A stretch of DNA of 58,733 nucleotides, from NCBI GenBank assembly GCA_036377375.1, contig DASUYO010000064.1, positions 1 to 58,733 of the forward strand. The letters run 5' to 3'. Shown in pieces: positions 1 to 8,877 of the stretch. The stretch comes from Pyrinomonadaceae bacterium. Its GTDB lineage: Bacteria; Acidobacteriota; Blastocatellia; Pyrinomonadales; Pyrinomonadaceae. The translations under genes and the position numbers were made by a program. Positions within the stretch are counted from its first letter, which is position 1. Every line of letters starts with the position of its first letter. The notes beneath the pieces were generated by a model that did not search any database, was not told where the DNA came from, and saw only the letters and a program-made list of their open reading frames with translations.

Positions 1-46
1 CCCCATCACAAACAAATCCCAAATCAGGAGAAGAACAAATAGGGCT

Positions 47-1465
47 ATGCTCAAAATCACGATTAGAACTGCAATCTCTGTCGCCTGTCTATTGACCCTC
101 TCAGCGATTGCAAGTGCCGACGTCAAGATCAAGTCGCGCCAAACAAGCGGCGGTCAAACTTACGAAAACACCAGTTACATCAAAGGCAAACGCCAGCGCA
201 GCGAAACAAATAACGGACAGATGGTCGTCGTGCAGCAGTGCGATTTGCGGCGAAACATCCAGATCATGCCGCAGGCGAAGGTCTACATGATTCAGCCGTA
301 TGACGAGCCGGCTGCGGCAAACGCGACGAACACGACCGCTCAAGTGTCGCAACCGGGCGTTGTTAAGAAAGGCGGCGTTGTTACTTCCACCGTCACCAGT
401 CGAGACACAGGCGAGCGCAAGCAGATGTTTGGCTACACAGCGCGTCACATTCTCACGACCATGGAGATGAAGTCGTCGCCCGATGCGTGTTCGCAAATGA
501 ACACGAAGATGGAGATTGACGGCTGGTACATCGATGCTGCTTTTGTGCTCGATTGTGATATGAGTCAGGCGTATGCGAATTACAGACCGCATGTGAGCAG
601 TGGTGGCTGCCGGGATCGATACGAGACGAAGCAGATCGGTGCAGCGAGAAAAGGTTATCCCGTTTGGGAAAAGACAACGATGTTCGGACCTAACGGCGTT
701 GAGAGTTTCTCGACCCTCAACGAAGTAGTTGAGATTTCGCAAGCGACACTCGAGCCGAGTTTGTTTGACGTGCCTGAGGGCTATCGTGAAGTGAAGGACT
801 TCGCGAGCGCTTTCAGTGCAGGTATGACGACACCGGATTCCAGCAACACGTCGAACCCGAGTTCCGGCGCGGCCGCGAATACCAACATCACTTCGACTAC
901 ATCGACCACTCCAGCGGCGAATGAGCTTGGTCCAAAACGTGCCGGCGTTATTCGCCTTGGAGTCCCAGCGGTGAGACCCGGTAACGTGGCCGAAGGAATG
1001 AACGCGAACGATCTTGCACTGGCAGTGCAGAACACGTTGATTCAGCAGTTGAAGACCACGAGCATCGAGGTGGTCGCGATCCAAGCCACCGGTGCCGCGA
1101 TTCAAGCCGAAGCGCGACAGAAAGACTGCGACTACATCGTCTTCGCGAATGTGTCGCATAAGAAAGGTGGCGGCGGTTTCGGAAGTGTGCTCAGCAGCTC
1201 GGTAGGAAGAGTTGCAAGTAACGTCGGATACGGCTCGACAGCGGCAGCCGTCGCGACTAATGTGGCCATCACTGCCGCTGTCGCGCAAAACATCAAAGCT
1301 AAAGATGAGGTGACGCTGGACGTGAGATTGGAGAGGCCGGGCAGCACCACACCGAGCTTCGCGCAACAGTACAAAGGCAAAGCGAAGTCAGCGGGCGAAG
1401 ACATAATCACGCCACTCTGCCAGCAAGCCACACAGGCCATGGTCGCCGCCGTCACCAAGCCATAA
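47..1465 (+). CDS. secreted hypothetical protein with two domains joined by a low-complexity linker
   Basis: 472-aa ORF with a signal peptide (MLKITIRTAISVACLLTLSAIASA). It has a Ser/Thr/Asn/Pro-rich linker (TTPDSSNTSNPSSGAAANTNITSTTSTTP) and a Gly patch (KKGGGGFGS). No family was recognised. The 421-aa opposite-strand ORF is an Arg-rich shadow. Confidence 0.7.
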   Translation: MLKITIRTAISVACLLTLSAIASADVKIKSRQTSGGQTYENTSYIKGKRQRSETNNGQMVVVQQCDLRRNIQIMPQAKVYMIQPYDEPAAANATNTTAQVSQPGVVKKGGVVTSTVTSRDTGERKQMFGYTARHILTTMEMKSSPDACSQMNTKMEIDGWYIDAAFVLDCDMSQAYANYRPHVSSGGCRDRYETKQIGAARKGYPVWEKTTMFGPNGVESFSTLNEVVEISQATLEPSLFDVPEGYREVKDFASAFSAGMTTPDSSNTSNPSSGAAANTNITSTTSTTPAANELGPKRAGVIRLGVPAVRPGNVAEGMNANDLALAVQNTLIQQLKTTSIEVVAIQATGAAIQAEARQKDCDYIVFANVSHKKGGGGFGSVLSSSVGRVASNVGYGSTAAAVATNVAITAAVAQNIKAKDEVTLDVRLERPGSTTPSFAQQYKGKAKSAGEDIITPLCQQATQAMVAAVTKP

Positions 1466-1574
1466 TTAGCCGCAAAAGGCACAAAAAGCGCAAAAAAAGA
1501 AAATCAGAACCGGTTTTCTGTTTTGTGCTTTTTGCGCTTTTTTGTGGCTAATCTTTTTTGTGCCTTTTGTGGCT
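1466..1574. repeat. family A repeat (GGCACAAAA-type units) as an inverted pair forming a long hairpin between convergent genes
   Basis: The A-rich arm gccgcaaaaggcacaaaaagcgcaaaaaaag is followed by the T-rich arm gttttgtgctttttgcgcttttttgtggc plus an extra ttttttgtgccttttgtggc. The element spans exactly from the stop at 1465 to the nth stop at 1573. Confidence 0.85.
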
Positions 1575-2250
1575 AGCTAGGAGGGTGGACGCCTGTCTTA
1601 AGGAATGACGAGGGACAGAATTTCTCTATCGTGCACTCCTCACACAGCGGATTGCGCGCTTTGCAGATCTTTCTCCCGTGATAGATCATCAGGTGCGGGA
1701 AGATCACCCAGTCTTTCTTCGGCACGATCTCGATCAAATCCTGCTCGATCTTTTCCGCTGTCTTCTCCTGCGACAGATTCAGCCGATGTGAGAGCCGCGT
1801 GACGTGCGTGTCTACCACCACGCCGGCCTTCACCCCGAACGCATTCCCCAGCACCACATTCGCAGTCTTCCGCGCCACGCCCGGCAACTCGAGCAACTCA
1901 TCCATCGTGTGCGGCACCTGCCCGCCATACTCCTCCGTCAAAACTTTCGACGTCCCCTGAATCGACTTCGTCTTGTTTCGAAAAAACCCAGTCGACTGAA
2001 TGTCCTTCTCCAACTCTCGCGGCGACACGTTCATGTAGTCCTCCGGCTTCGTGTACTTCCGAAACAAATCAGCAGTAACGATGTTGACCCGTTCGTCAGT
2101 ACACTGCGCCGAAAGAATTGTGGCAATCAACAGCTCAAACGGATTGGAATGATTGAGCGAACACTTTGCGCCGGGATACGCTCGCTTGAGTCGCCGGATA
2201 ATCTCGCGTGTGCGTGTTTTCAGATCCTCAGTGCTTTCGCGTTTCGCCAT
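1573..2250 (-). CDS. nth: endonuclease III (DNA-(apurinic or apyrimidinic site) lyase)
   Basis: HhH-GPD motif LPGVARKTANVVLGNAFG and C-terminal 4Fe-4S cluster loop CKARNPLCEECTIEKFC. The first ATG is at 2250; the ORF-track start at 2253 is a TTG one codon upstream. Confidence 0.93.
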   Translation of the reverse strand: MAKRESTEDLKTRTREIIRRLKRAYPGAKCSLNHSNPFELLIATILSAQCTDERVNIVTADLFRKYTKPEDYMNVSPRELEKDIQSTGFFRNKTKSIQGTSKVLTEEYGGQVPHTMDELLELPGVARKTANVVLGNAFGVKAGVVVDTHVTRLSHRLNLSQEKTAEKIEQDLIEIVPKKDWVIFPHLMIYHGRKICKARNPLCEECTIEKFCPSSFLKTGVHPPS

Positions 2251-2254
2251 CAAA

Positions 2255-3082
2255 TCATCCTGTTCGTTTCAACTTCCCTGTCTTCTTGGCCCAGGCCTCC
2301 ATGTGCACGAACACAAACAAGCCCAACGGCAGAAGTATCGCTCCCATCACTGCCAGTACGATCAGCTCGTGCGACACTGCCGACAGCGGTGCTCCCGCAA
2401 GATATTCAGCCGTCGAGTTGCTGTTTCCCACACCAAATAACTTACGGCAGGCAGACAGCGTGTACGTCGCCGGTGAGATTGCAGAGAGCGGCTGCAACCA
2501 ACCTGGCAGGACATCGATCGGATAATAAACTCCCGAAACGAGCAGAAGCGAGCCCTGAAAGATGTGCGTCGCTTCTGCGCCTCGCTCCGCGCTCATCACC
2601 GGAAATACTGCTGCGAACAATCCGAGACCGACGAATGCAGTCGTACTTACAGCCAACACGACAAACACGCCCGGCAGGTTTGCGCCGCGCAGGTTCAGGT
2701 TCGTAAACAGCATCAGGCCCACGAGCACGATCGCGCTCGTCACAATGCTATTCAGCAACGAGTAGAGACTCACGCCCAGCAGATGAACTGTCCGCGACAC
2801 TGGCGCCATGAACGTGTACTCCAGCGTTCCTTCCCAGCGTTCATACGCGATCGACATCGCGATCTCGTTGTAAAGCAACGAAAGAAAGTTCCACAACAGC
2901 GCCCCGACGACGAGCGTCAGAGTGAGTTGATAGTTCCCTTGCGCGACGCCAATCAGCGCCACAGTCGCTGACGTAACTAGCGCATAAAAGTTGAAGACGA
3001 CGACCCAGCCGATGTATCGACGAGTGAGATGATACCCGCGAAACAGGAAGGCCCAGGTTTGTCTCAAAGTAGCTTCCATCAT
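2255..3082 (-). CDS. ABC-2 type transporter permease
   Basis: 275-aa polytopic membrane protein directly downstream of the ABC ATPase, with about 6 hydrophobic segments. This is typical ABC-2 exporter architecture. Confidence 0.85.
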   Translation of the reverse strand: MMEATLRQTWAFLFRGYHLTRRYIGWVVVFNFYALVTSATVALIGVAQGNYQLTLTLVVGALLWNFLSLLYNEIAMSIAYERWEGTLEYTFMAPVSRTVHLLGVSLYSLLNSIVTSAIVLVGLMLFTNLNLRGANLPGVFVVLAVSTTAFVGLGLFAAVFPVMSAERGAEATHIFQGSLLLVSGVYYPIDVLPGWLQPLSAISPATYTLSACRKLFGVGNSNSTAEYLAGAPLSAVSHELIVLAVMGAILLPLGLFVFVHMEAWAKKTGKLKRTG

Positions 3083-3088
3083 TAACCT

Positions 3089-3901
3089 CTAATCTGCGCA
3101 ATCTGCGTAATCTGCGGATTGTTCTTCTTCTTCCACCAGTTCTTCACCAGTTAACTTGATGAAGGCGTCGTCGAGTGTTGCGGCGCCCGCGAACTGCATC
3201 AACTGCGCGGCTGTTCCCTCGGCAACGAGTTTGCCGTGTGCCAGAAAACCGATGCGCGCGCACAGTCTTTCAGCTTCCGCCATGTCGTGTGTCGTTAAGA
3301 GAATCGTCGTCCCTTCGCGCGCCTGTAGATTCTCCAGAAACGACTGCACGTCACGACGACTCTTTGGATCGAGACCCGTCGTTGGCTCATCAAGCAACAA
3401 CAGTGGCGGATTGATCATCAGCGCGCGTGCAATACTGATCTTCTGCTGCATGCCGCGGCTCATCTCCTCGAGCGGCGTTGAGAACTTCGCGTTCTCCATT
3501 CCCAACTGTTCGAGAATGTCCATCGCGCGCCGTTCTGCCTCGCGTGCGTTCTGGCCGTAAAGCAGCGCCGTGTAAAGCAGGTTTTCACGAGCCGAGAGCT
3601 TTTTGTAGAAAGCCGCGTCCACGCTGACACGCCCGATGATGCGGCGCACTTCTTCCGCCTGCTCGGGCAGCGTGTAGTCCAGCATGCGCACGAATCCACT
3701 ATCGGCGATAAGCAGAGTCGACAGTATTCGAATCAACGACGACTTGCCTGAGCCGTTTGGACCGAGCAATCCGTATGTCTCTCCGCGTGCGACAGCGAAC
3801 GAGACGTCGTCGATAGCCCAAAGCTCCGACTTTTTTCGAAAACCGCTTCGCTTGCGGAAACTTTTGCGTAAGTTGCGCACTTGAATAGCTGGTTGTTGCA
3901 T
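3089..3901 (-). CDS. ABC transporter ATP-binding protein
   Basis: Walker A GPNGSGKSS, signature LSRGMQQKISIARAL and Walker B LLLLDEPTTGLD. The first ATG is at 3901 (MQQPAIQVRNL); the track start at 3916 is a TTG. The C-terminal SADYADCAD is encoded by family B repeat units. Confidence 0.93.
   Translation of the reverse strand: MQQPAIQVRNLRKSFRKRSGFRKKSELWAIDDVSFAVARGETYGLLGPNGSGKSSLIRILSTLLIADSGFVRMLDYTLPEQAEEVRRIIGRVSVDAAFYKKLSARENLLYTALLYGQNAREAERRAMDILEQLGMENAKFSTPLEEMSRGMQQKISIARALMINPPLLLLDEPTTGLDPKSRRDVQSFLENLQAREGTTILLTTHDMAEAERLCARIGFLAHGKLVAEGTAAQLMQFAGAATLDDAFIKLTGEELVEEEEQSADYADCAD
3091..3120. repeat. family B repeat: three tandem 9-mers AATCTGCGC AATCTGCGT AATCTGCGG
   Basis: A direct tandem array read from the sequence. 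It lies inside the last 10 codons of the ABC ATPase gene. Confidence 0.85.
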
Positions 3902-4068
3902 GATCAAAAACCTCAAAGTGGATCTCCCAAAACGGGTCCACTCGAAAAGACACTTCGATTGTGTAGGGAAAAAAGGAGCGGCTAAGCCCGACTTAAGCTC
4001 GGTTCAACCAAGATTTGAGTGCGAGGAAAATTTTCATCACTATCACCGTGGCGAAGAGAATAATACGA

Positions 4069-4140
4069 GCCGCAGATTTACGCAAACAAATCCGTCTCAA
4101 TCCGTGTTCATCCGTGTCACCGTCTTCCGTGCGCAATCTT
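4069..4140. repeat. degenerate family B-like units (CGCAGATTTA, AATCCGT x3, GCGCAATC)
   Basis: gccgcagatttacgcaaacaaatccgtctcaatccgtgttcatccgtgtcaccgtcttccgtgcgcaatc. It spans the stop codon and C-terminus (IAHGRR) of the MFS gene. Confidence 0.5.
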
Positions 4141-5319
4141 GATCGCTTCCGGAAGTTGACGCAATCTCAACATCGAAATCACCCCAAACAGCGGTCCCGG
4201 CGCCAGAATCATAAACGCGTACCGCCAGTCATGGATCTTCGGCACCAGCTCGATTGATACAGTCGTCAATAGAAACCCAACACACATCTGTATCGTCAAT
4301 GCCGTACCGATGTACTGCGGATCTCCCAACTCAGTCACGCACGACGAAAACTGCGCCGAGTCAGCCACGACAGTTGCTCCCCAAACCACCGCAACCAGCA
4401 ACAGCAACAATGGGCTTCCGCCGTAAAGCAACCCAATCACCAAACAACACGTGCCACTAACCGCCATCGCCCACGACGTGACTAAAGTTCGTCCCACACG
4501 ATCGGCGATCACGCCGGCAACAACGCAACCGACCGCGCCGGCGCCGATCACGAGAAACGATCCGAGCTCAGCCAAACGCGGATCGCCATTCTGCACTGCA
4601 AGGCTCGCGCGAATCATCACTGGTATCCAGATCCACATGCCGTAAAGCTCCCACATGTGACCGAAGTAACCAAAACTCGCGAGCCTCACTCCGCGATTAC
4701 TGAAAACTTTCACGACCTGCGAAATGTCAAACTTCGCAGGCGGCAGCGCGTATGGACCATCTTCCACGAAGAAGAGCACAATGAGTCCGCCAATCGCCGA
4801 AAGGAGTGAAACGAAGAGAATGTTGTTTCTCCAGTTTGCGCTACCGAGCGCGTTGACGAGGTACGGCATTGCCTTGCCCATCGTCAGCGCGCCGACCAAA
4901 ACACCGAGCGCCATGCCGCGACGTTCGCGAAACCACGTCGCCATGATCTTCATGCCGGGCGGGTAAACACCGGCGAGACAAACACCCGTCAGAAAACGTA
5001 GAGCGATGGTGGTGCTCGCGTCGTGAACGTACAGACCAAAGATGAGGTTCACAGCGGCGCCGAGAAAGGAAGAGACGGCGAACAGATGTCGAGTGCTGAT
5101 GATGTCAGGCAGGTTCAGGGTGGCACTGATGAGTGTGCCGGCGACGAAGCCGAGCTGAACGGCGATAGCGATCCAGCTAATTTGTGAAGAAGAGAGTTGC
5201 CATTCGCGTGAGAGTGCGGGGACGACGGCGGAGCCACTAAACCAAAGCGCCATGCCCAGCAGCTCCGCGATTGATAGAAGCGTCAGGGCACGCCAGCGCC
5301 GTGGATCAGGATCGGTCAT
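4117..5319 (-). CDS. MFS transporter
   Basis: 400-aa protein with about 12 hydrophobic helices and an MFS-like loop (GMKIMATWFRERRGMALG). Its start overlaps the pirin stop by 4 nt. Confidence 0.88.
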   Translation of the reverse strand: MTDPDPRRWRALTLLSIAELLGMALWFSGSAVVPALSREWQLSSSQISWIAIAVQLGFVAGTLISATLNLPDIISTRHLFAVSSFLGAAVNLIFGLYVHDASTTIALRFLTGVCLAGVYPPGMKIMATWFRERRGMALGVLVGALTMGKAMPYLVNALGSANWRNNILFVSLLSAIGGLIVLFFVEDGPYALPPAKFDISQVVKVFSNRGVRLASFGYFGHMWELYGMWIWIPVMIRASLAVQNGDPRLAELGSFLVIGAGAVGCVVAGVIADRVGRTLVTSWAMAVSGTCCLVIGLLYGGSPLLLLLVAVVWGATVVADSAQFSSCVTELGDPQYIGTALTIQMCVGFLLTTVSIELVPKIHDWRYAFMILAPGPLFGVISMLRLRQLPEAIKIAHGRR

Positions 5320-6014
5320 TGAAGGTCAAATAACAGTATCTCTGCCGGCTCCTCAGCACGAATTGTCAACGACGGCTCAGCAACGGCGACCACACCGTCG
5401 CCCTGCTCAGCCTTCTCGCCATTCACACTGATCGATCCACGCGCCACCTGAATCCACCCGTAACGTGTCGGATCCATCGTGCGCTCAACTTGCTGCCCAG
5501 CATCGAGTATCGAAGCAAACAAACTGACGTCCTGATTCAATCGCACTGAATCATCACGACCATCGTTCGACGCAATTAGTCGCAACTGCCCGCGTCGCTC
5601 CTCTTCCGAGAACGCCTTCTGTTCGTAGCCGGGCGTTAGATTCTCTGCATCCGGCAGGATCCAAATCTGCAACAGGTGCACGCGCTCAGTATTCGATGCA
5701 TTCTGCTCGCTATGTCTGACACCTGTGCCGGCAGTCATACGTTGGACATCTCCAGGCCGAATAACGGAGCCGTTGCCCATGCTGTCCTGGTGTTTGAGCG
5801 CGCCTTCGAGAATGTAAGTAATGATCTCCATGTCGCGATGTCCGTGCGTAGGAAAACCGCGACCGGCAGCAACAAAGTCTTCATTAATCACACGCAGACT
5901 GCGAAAGCCCATGTACCGCGGATCGTAGTACTGGTCGAAAGAAAACGTGTGATACGTGTTGAGCCACCCGTGATCGAAATGCCCTCGCTCTTTTGATTTC
6001 CTAATGCTGATCAT
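5316..6014 (-). CDS. pirin family protein
   Basis: Cupin metal-site motif FPTHGHRDMEIITYILEG, and the N-terminal SFDQYYDPRYMGFRSLRVINED is typical of pirin/YhhW. Confidence 0.9.
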   Translation of the reverse strand: MISIRKSKERGHFDHGWLNTYHTFSFDQYYDPRYMGFRSLRVINEDFVAAGRGFPTHGHRDMEIITYILEGALKHQDSMGNGSVIRPGDVQRMTAGTGVRHSEQNASNTERVHLLQIWILPDAENLTPGYEQKAFSEEERRGQLRLIASNDGRDDSVRLNQDVSLFASILDAGQQVERTMDPTRYGWIQVARGSISVNGEKAEQGDGVVAVAEPSLTIRAEEPAEILLFDLQ

Positions 6015-6044
6015 CTTTTTTGTGCCTTTTGTGCTTCTTTGTGG
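6015..6044. repeat. family A repeat, single arm filling the whole msrC-pirin intercistronic spacer
   Basis: On the coding (minus) strand it reads TAG-ccacaaagaagcacaaaaggcacaaaaaag-ATG. Confidence 0.85.
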
Positions 6045-6623
6045 CTACGGTCCAATCCCCTCCTCGTGTGCCACAAACACCGTCACCAACTCATTCAATC
6101 CCTCTGCATCCTGATCGTCAAATCTTCCAATGGTAGGACTATCGAGATCGAGCACGCCGAGAAGTCTCTCGCCATCAAACAGCGGCACCACGATCTCCGA
6201 ATTTGAAGCAACATCGCACGAAATGTGACCCGGAAACTCATGCACGTTCGGCACGATGATCGTTTCGCACTGCTGCGCCGCCACTCCACACACTCCCTCG
6301 CCCATCGGGATGCGAACACACGCGGGATTTCCCTGAAATGGACCAAGCACCAGCTCGTCATCTTGCAGGAAATAAAATCCAGCCCAATTCACGTTTGGCA
6401 GTGAATTGAAGAGCAGCGCGCTGAAGTTCGCAGCGTTGGCAATGAAGTCCTGCTCACCTTTCAAAAGGCTGAGCAACTGCACCACGAGGCTCGCGTACAA
6501 CTTCGGCTTCGCATTATTTTCCGAGATTGCGAGACGTCGTTTTGCAGCTTTCTTCGCGCCTGTCTTCTTCTTCGCTTTAACGGCTTTTTTGGTGGGTTTC
6601 TTCTTCGCGATTGTTGCGGTCAT
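6045..6623 (-). CDS. msrC: free methionine-(R)-sulfoxide reductase (GAF domain, YebR/MsrC family) with a Lys-rich N-terminal extension
   Basis: Close match by eye to E. coli YebR: NWAGFYFL..LVLGPFQG.PACVRIP.G.GVCG and HISCDVASNSEIVVPL. There is an extra N-terminal tail, KKKPTKKAVKAKKKTGAKKAAKRR. Confidence 0.88.
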   Translation of the reverse strand: MTATIAKKKPTKKAVKAKKKTGAKKAAKRRLAISENNAKPKLYASLVVQLLSLLKGEQDFIANAANFSALLFNSLPNVNWAGFYFLQDDELVLGPFQGNPACVRIPMGEGVCGVAAQQCETIIVPNVHEFPGHISCDVASNSEIVVPLFDGERLLGVLDLDSPTIGRFDDQDAEGLNELVTVFVAHEEGIGP

Positions 6624-8872
6624 GTTTGCTCGAGCTCCTCCATTGCAGGCCGGACGCTGATCACTACTGACTTCGACACGGGAGTGTTGCTCTTCAGTGC
6701 AACGTTGCGCACCGGCACCAAAACATTCGCTTCAGGAAAGTAAGTCGCGGCACAGCCACGCGGAATATCGTAAGGCACAACAACGAATCGCCGCGCGATG
6801 CGCTCTTCACCTTCGAAATGGCTGACCAAGTCTACAACTTGTCGCGGCCGCAGGCCCATCGCCGCGATGTCTGCTTCGTTCAGAAACACGACGTTGCGAT
6901 CGTCGCTGATGCCGCGATATCGATCGTTCAGAGTATAGACCGACGTATTAAACTGGTCATGACTGCGAATTGTCATCATCAGAAACTGATCTGGACCAAG
7001 CTCGTGCCTCGGCAATTCGTGAACAGTAAACTGCGCCTTGCCGCTCGCAGTTTTGAACACTCGATTGCGCGCGGCGTTGGGAAGATGGAAGCCACCGGGC
7101 TCTCGCACTCGCGCATTGTAATCATCAAACCCAGGAATTACTCGCTCGATCGCATCGCGGAGCTGATCGTAATCGTTCGCGAGCTCTTCCCAATTGACTG
7201 TGGTGCGCTGCTCGAGTGTGGCTCTCGCGAGACGGGCCACGATCTGCGGCTCGCTCAGAAGTTCTCCTGAAGCGGGTTGAAGTCTGCCGCGTGAGATTTG
7301 CACCACGCCCATCGAGTTTTCAGTCGTGACGAACTGCGGTCCTGTGGCTTGCAGGTCGATCTCTGTGCGACCGAGACACGGCAGTATCAGCGCACGATCT
7401 CCGGTTATCAAGTGAGAACGATTTAGTTTGGTTGAAACGTGGGCCGTCAGGCGGCAACGATGCAGCGCAGCGGCAGTAAAATCTGTATCCGGAGTTGCTG
7501 AAAGAAAGTTGCCGCCGAGTGCGAAGAATACTTTCGCCTGCCCTTCGTGCATCGCCTGAATAGCTTTGACCGTATCGAAGCCGTGTCGTCGCGGCGGCTC
7601 GAAATCAAATACTTCCCCCAGCTTGTCGAGAAATAATTCCGTAGGCCGTTCCCAAATACCAACGGTGCGATCGCCTTGCACGTTGCTGTGACCGCGTACG
7701 GGACAGAAGCCCGCGCCAGGCTTGCCAATCTGTCCTCGTAGCAGCATCAGGTTCACGATCTCCTGAATGTTTGCGACTGCATTGCGATGCTGCGTCAGGC
7801 CCATGGCCCAGCAGAAGATTGTGCGCTCGGATTCGATAAATATTTGCGCCGCTTGTTCGATCAGTTCCTTCGCGACGCCGCTCTGTTCGACAATCTCAGC
7901 CCACGATACAACCTGCAACGCAGAAACAAATTCTTCAAAACCGATCGTGTACTGACTGATGAAATCACGATCGAGCGAGCCTTCGCGTGCGAGCACTCCT
8001 TTCGAGATCCCTTTGAGCAAAGCGACATCGCCATTGATTCGCACCTGGAGAAACAGATCTGCGAGCTCAACTCCGGATCCAAACAATCCGAGCACGTGCT
8101 GCGGGTGTTTGAAGCGCGTCATGCCAACTTCCGGCAGCGGATTGATATGGACCAATTTGCATCCATTGCGTTTTGCGCGCTCGAGCGCGGAAAGCATTCG
8201 CGGATGATTCGTGCCGGGATTTTGACCAATGACGAAGATCGCCTGGGCCTTGTCGAAGTCTTCGAGCGTGACAGTTCCCTTCCCGACACCAATCGTTTCG
8301 CTCAGCCCGGTGCCGCTCGACTCGTGACACATGTTTGAGCAATCGGGAAGATTGTTGGTTCCAAACTGGCGCACGAAAAGTTGATAGAGGAAAGCGGCTT
8401 CATTGCTCGTCCGGCCGGACGTGTAGAAGATTGCCTGGTCGGGATAGTTGAGTGAGTTCAACTCGCCCGCTATCAATTCGAAAGCATCGTCCCAGCTCAC
8501 AGGCTCGTAATGACTGGCGTCACGATGAAGCAGCATCGGATGCGTGAGGCGTCCCTGAGCATTCAGCCACTGATCTGATTGGCGCAAAAGCTCCGCCACG
8601 CTCCACTGCTCGAAGAACTCCGGTGTGACGCGTTTAGTCGTAGCCTCGTCAGCGACGTGCTTGGCGCCGTTTTCACAAAACTCAAAATGAGAGCGTTCGC
8701 GATCGGGCTCCGGCCAGGCACAGCCAGGACAATCGACACCGCCGGTTTGATTCACCTTCAGCAGCGTGCGCACACCACGCACCAGCCCCATCTCTTCAGA
8801 CAGGGTTTTGACAGTTGCGACTATCGCCGGCACTCCGCCGGCTGCTTTAACTTTCTTTGCCTGATCCGACAT
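6620..8872 (-). CDS. FdhF/YdeP family molybdopterin oxidoreductase
   Basis: 750 aa with an N-terminal VNQTGGVDCPGCAWPEP motif and molybdopterin-oxidoreductase blocks (NLPDCSNMCHESSG, GQNPGTNHPR). Its stop overlaps the msrC start. Confidence 0.9.
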   Translation of the reverse strand: MSDQAKKVKAAGGVPAIVATVKTLSEEMGLVRGVRTLLKVNQTGGVDCPGCAWPEPDRERSHFEFCENGAKHVADEATTKRVTPEFFEQWSVAELLRQSDQWLNAQGRLTHPMLLHRDASHYEPVSWDDAFELIAGELNSLNYPDQAIFYTSGRTSNEAAFLYQLFVRQFGTNNLPDCSNMCHESSGTGLSETIGVGKGTVTLEDFDKAQAIFVIGQNPGTNHPRMLSALERAKRNGCKLVHINPLPEVGMTRFKHPQHVLGLFGSGVELADLFLQVRINGDVALLKGISKGVLAREGSLDRDFISQYTIGFEEFVSALQVVSWAEIVEQSGVAKELIEQAAQIFIESERTIFCWAMGLTQHRNAVANIQEIVNLMLLRGQIGKPGAGFCPVRGHSNVQGDRTVGIWERPTELFLDKLGEVFDFEPPRRHGFDTVKAIQAMHEGQAKVFFALGGNFLSATPDTDFTAAALHRCRLTAHVSTKLNRSHLITGDRALILPCLGRTEIDLQATGPQFVTTENSMGVVQISRGRLQPASGELLSEPQIVARLARATLEQRTTVNWEELANDYDQLRDAIERVIPGFDDYNARVREPGGFHLPNAARNRVFKTASGKAQFTVHELPRHELGPDQFLMMTIRSHDQFNTSVYTLNDRYRGISDDRNVVFLNEADIAAMGLRPRQVVDLVSHFEGEERIARRFVVVPYDIPRGCAATYFPEANVLVPVRNVALKSNTPVSKSVVISVRPAMEELEQT

Positions 8873-8877
8873 GCGTT

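Noticed and set aside
101-1366. Long opposite-strand ORFs overlapping real genes. Examples are 101-1366, 1804-2706, 11164-11988, 17446-18390, 18716-19468, 20243-20932, 24003-24653, 46959-47885, 52836-53426 and 54740-55777.
   Set aside because: They are Arg/Ser/Cys-rich with no recognisable motifs. Each lies antisense to an ORF with clear family signatures. This is the typical shadow-ORF pattern in GC-rich DNA.
3091-3120. The short repeat arrays as CRISPR.
   Set aside because: Units are 9-10 nt and directly abutting, with no spacers. The arrays have 2-4 units, and no cas genes are in the window.
6620-8872. The YdeP/FdhF-family oxidoreductase as the selenoprotein served by selB and selC.
   Set aside because: The ORF is uninterrupted, and the motif NMCHESSG carries Cys where FdhF-type enzymes have Sec. 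There is no in-frame TGA.
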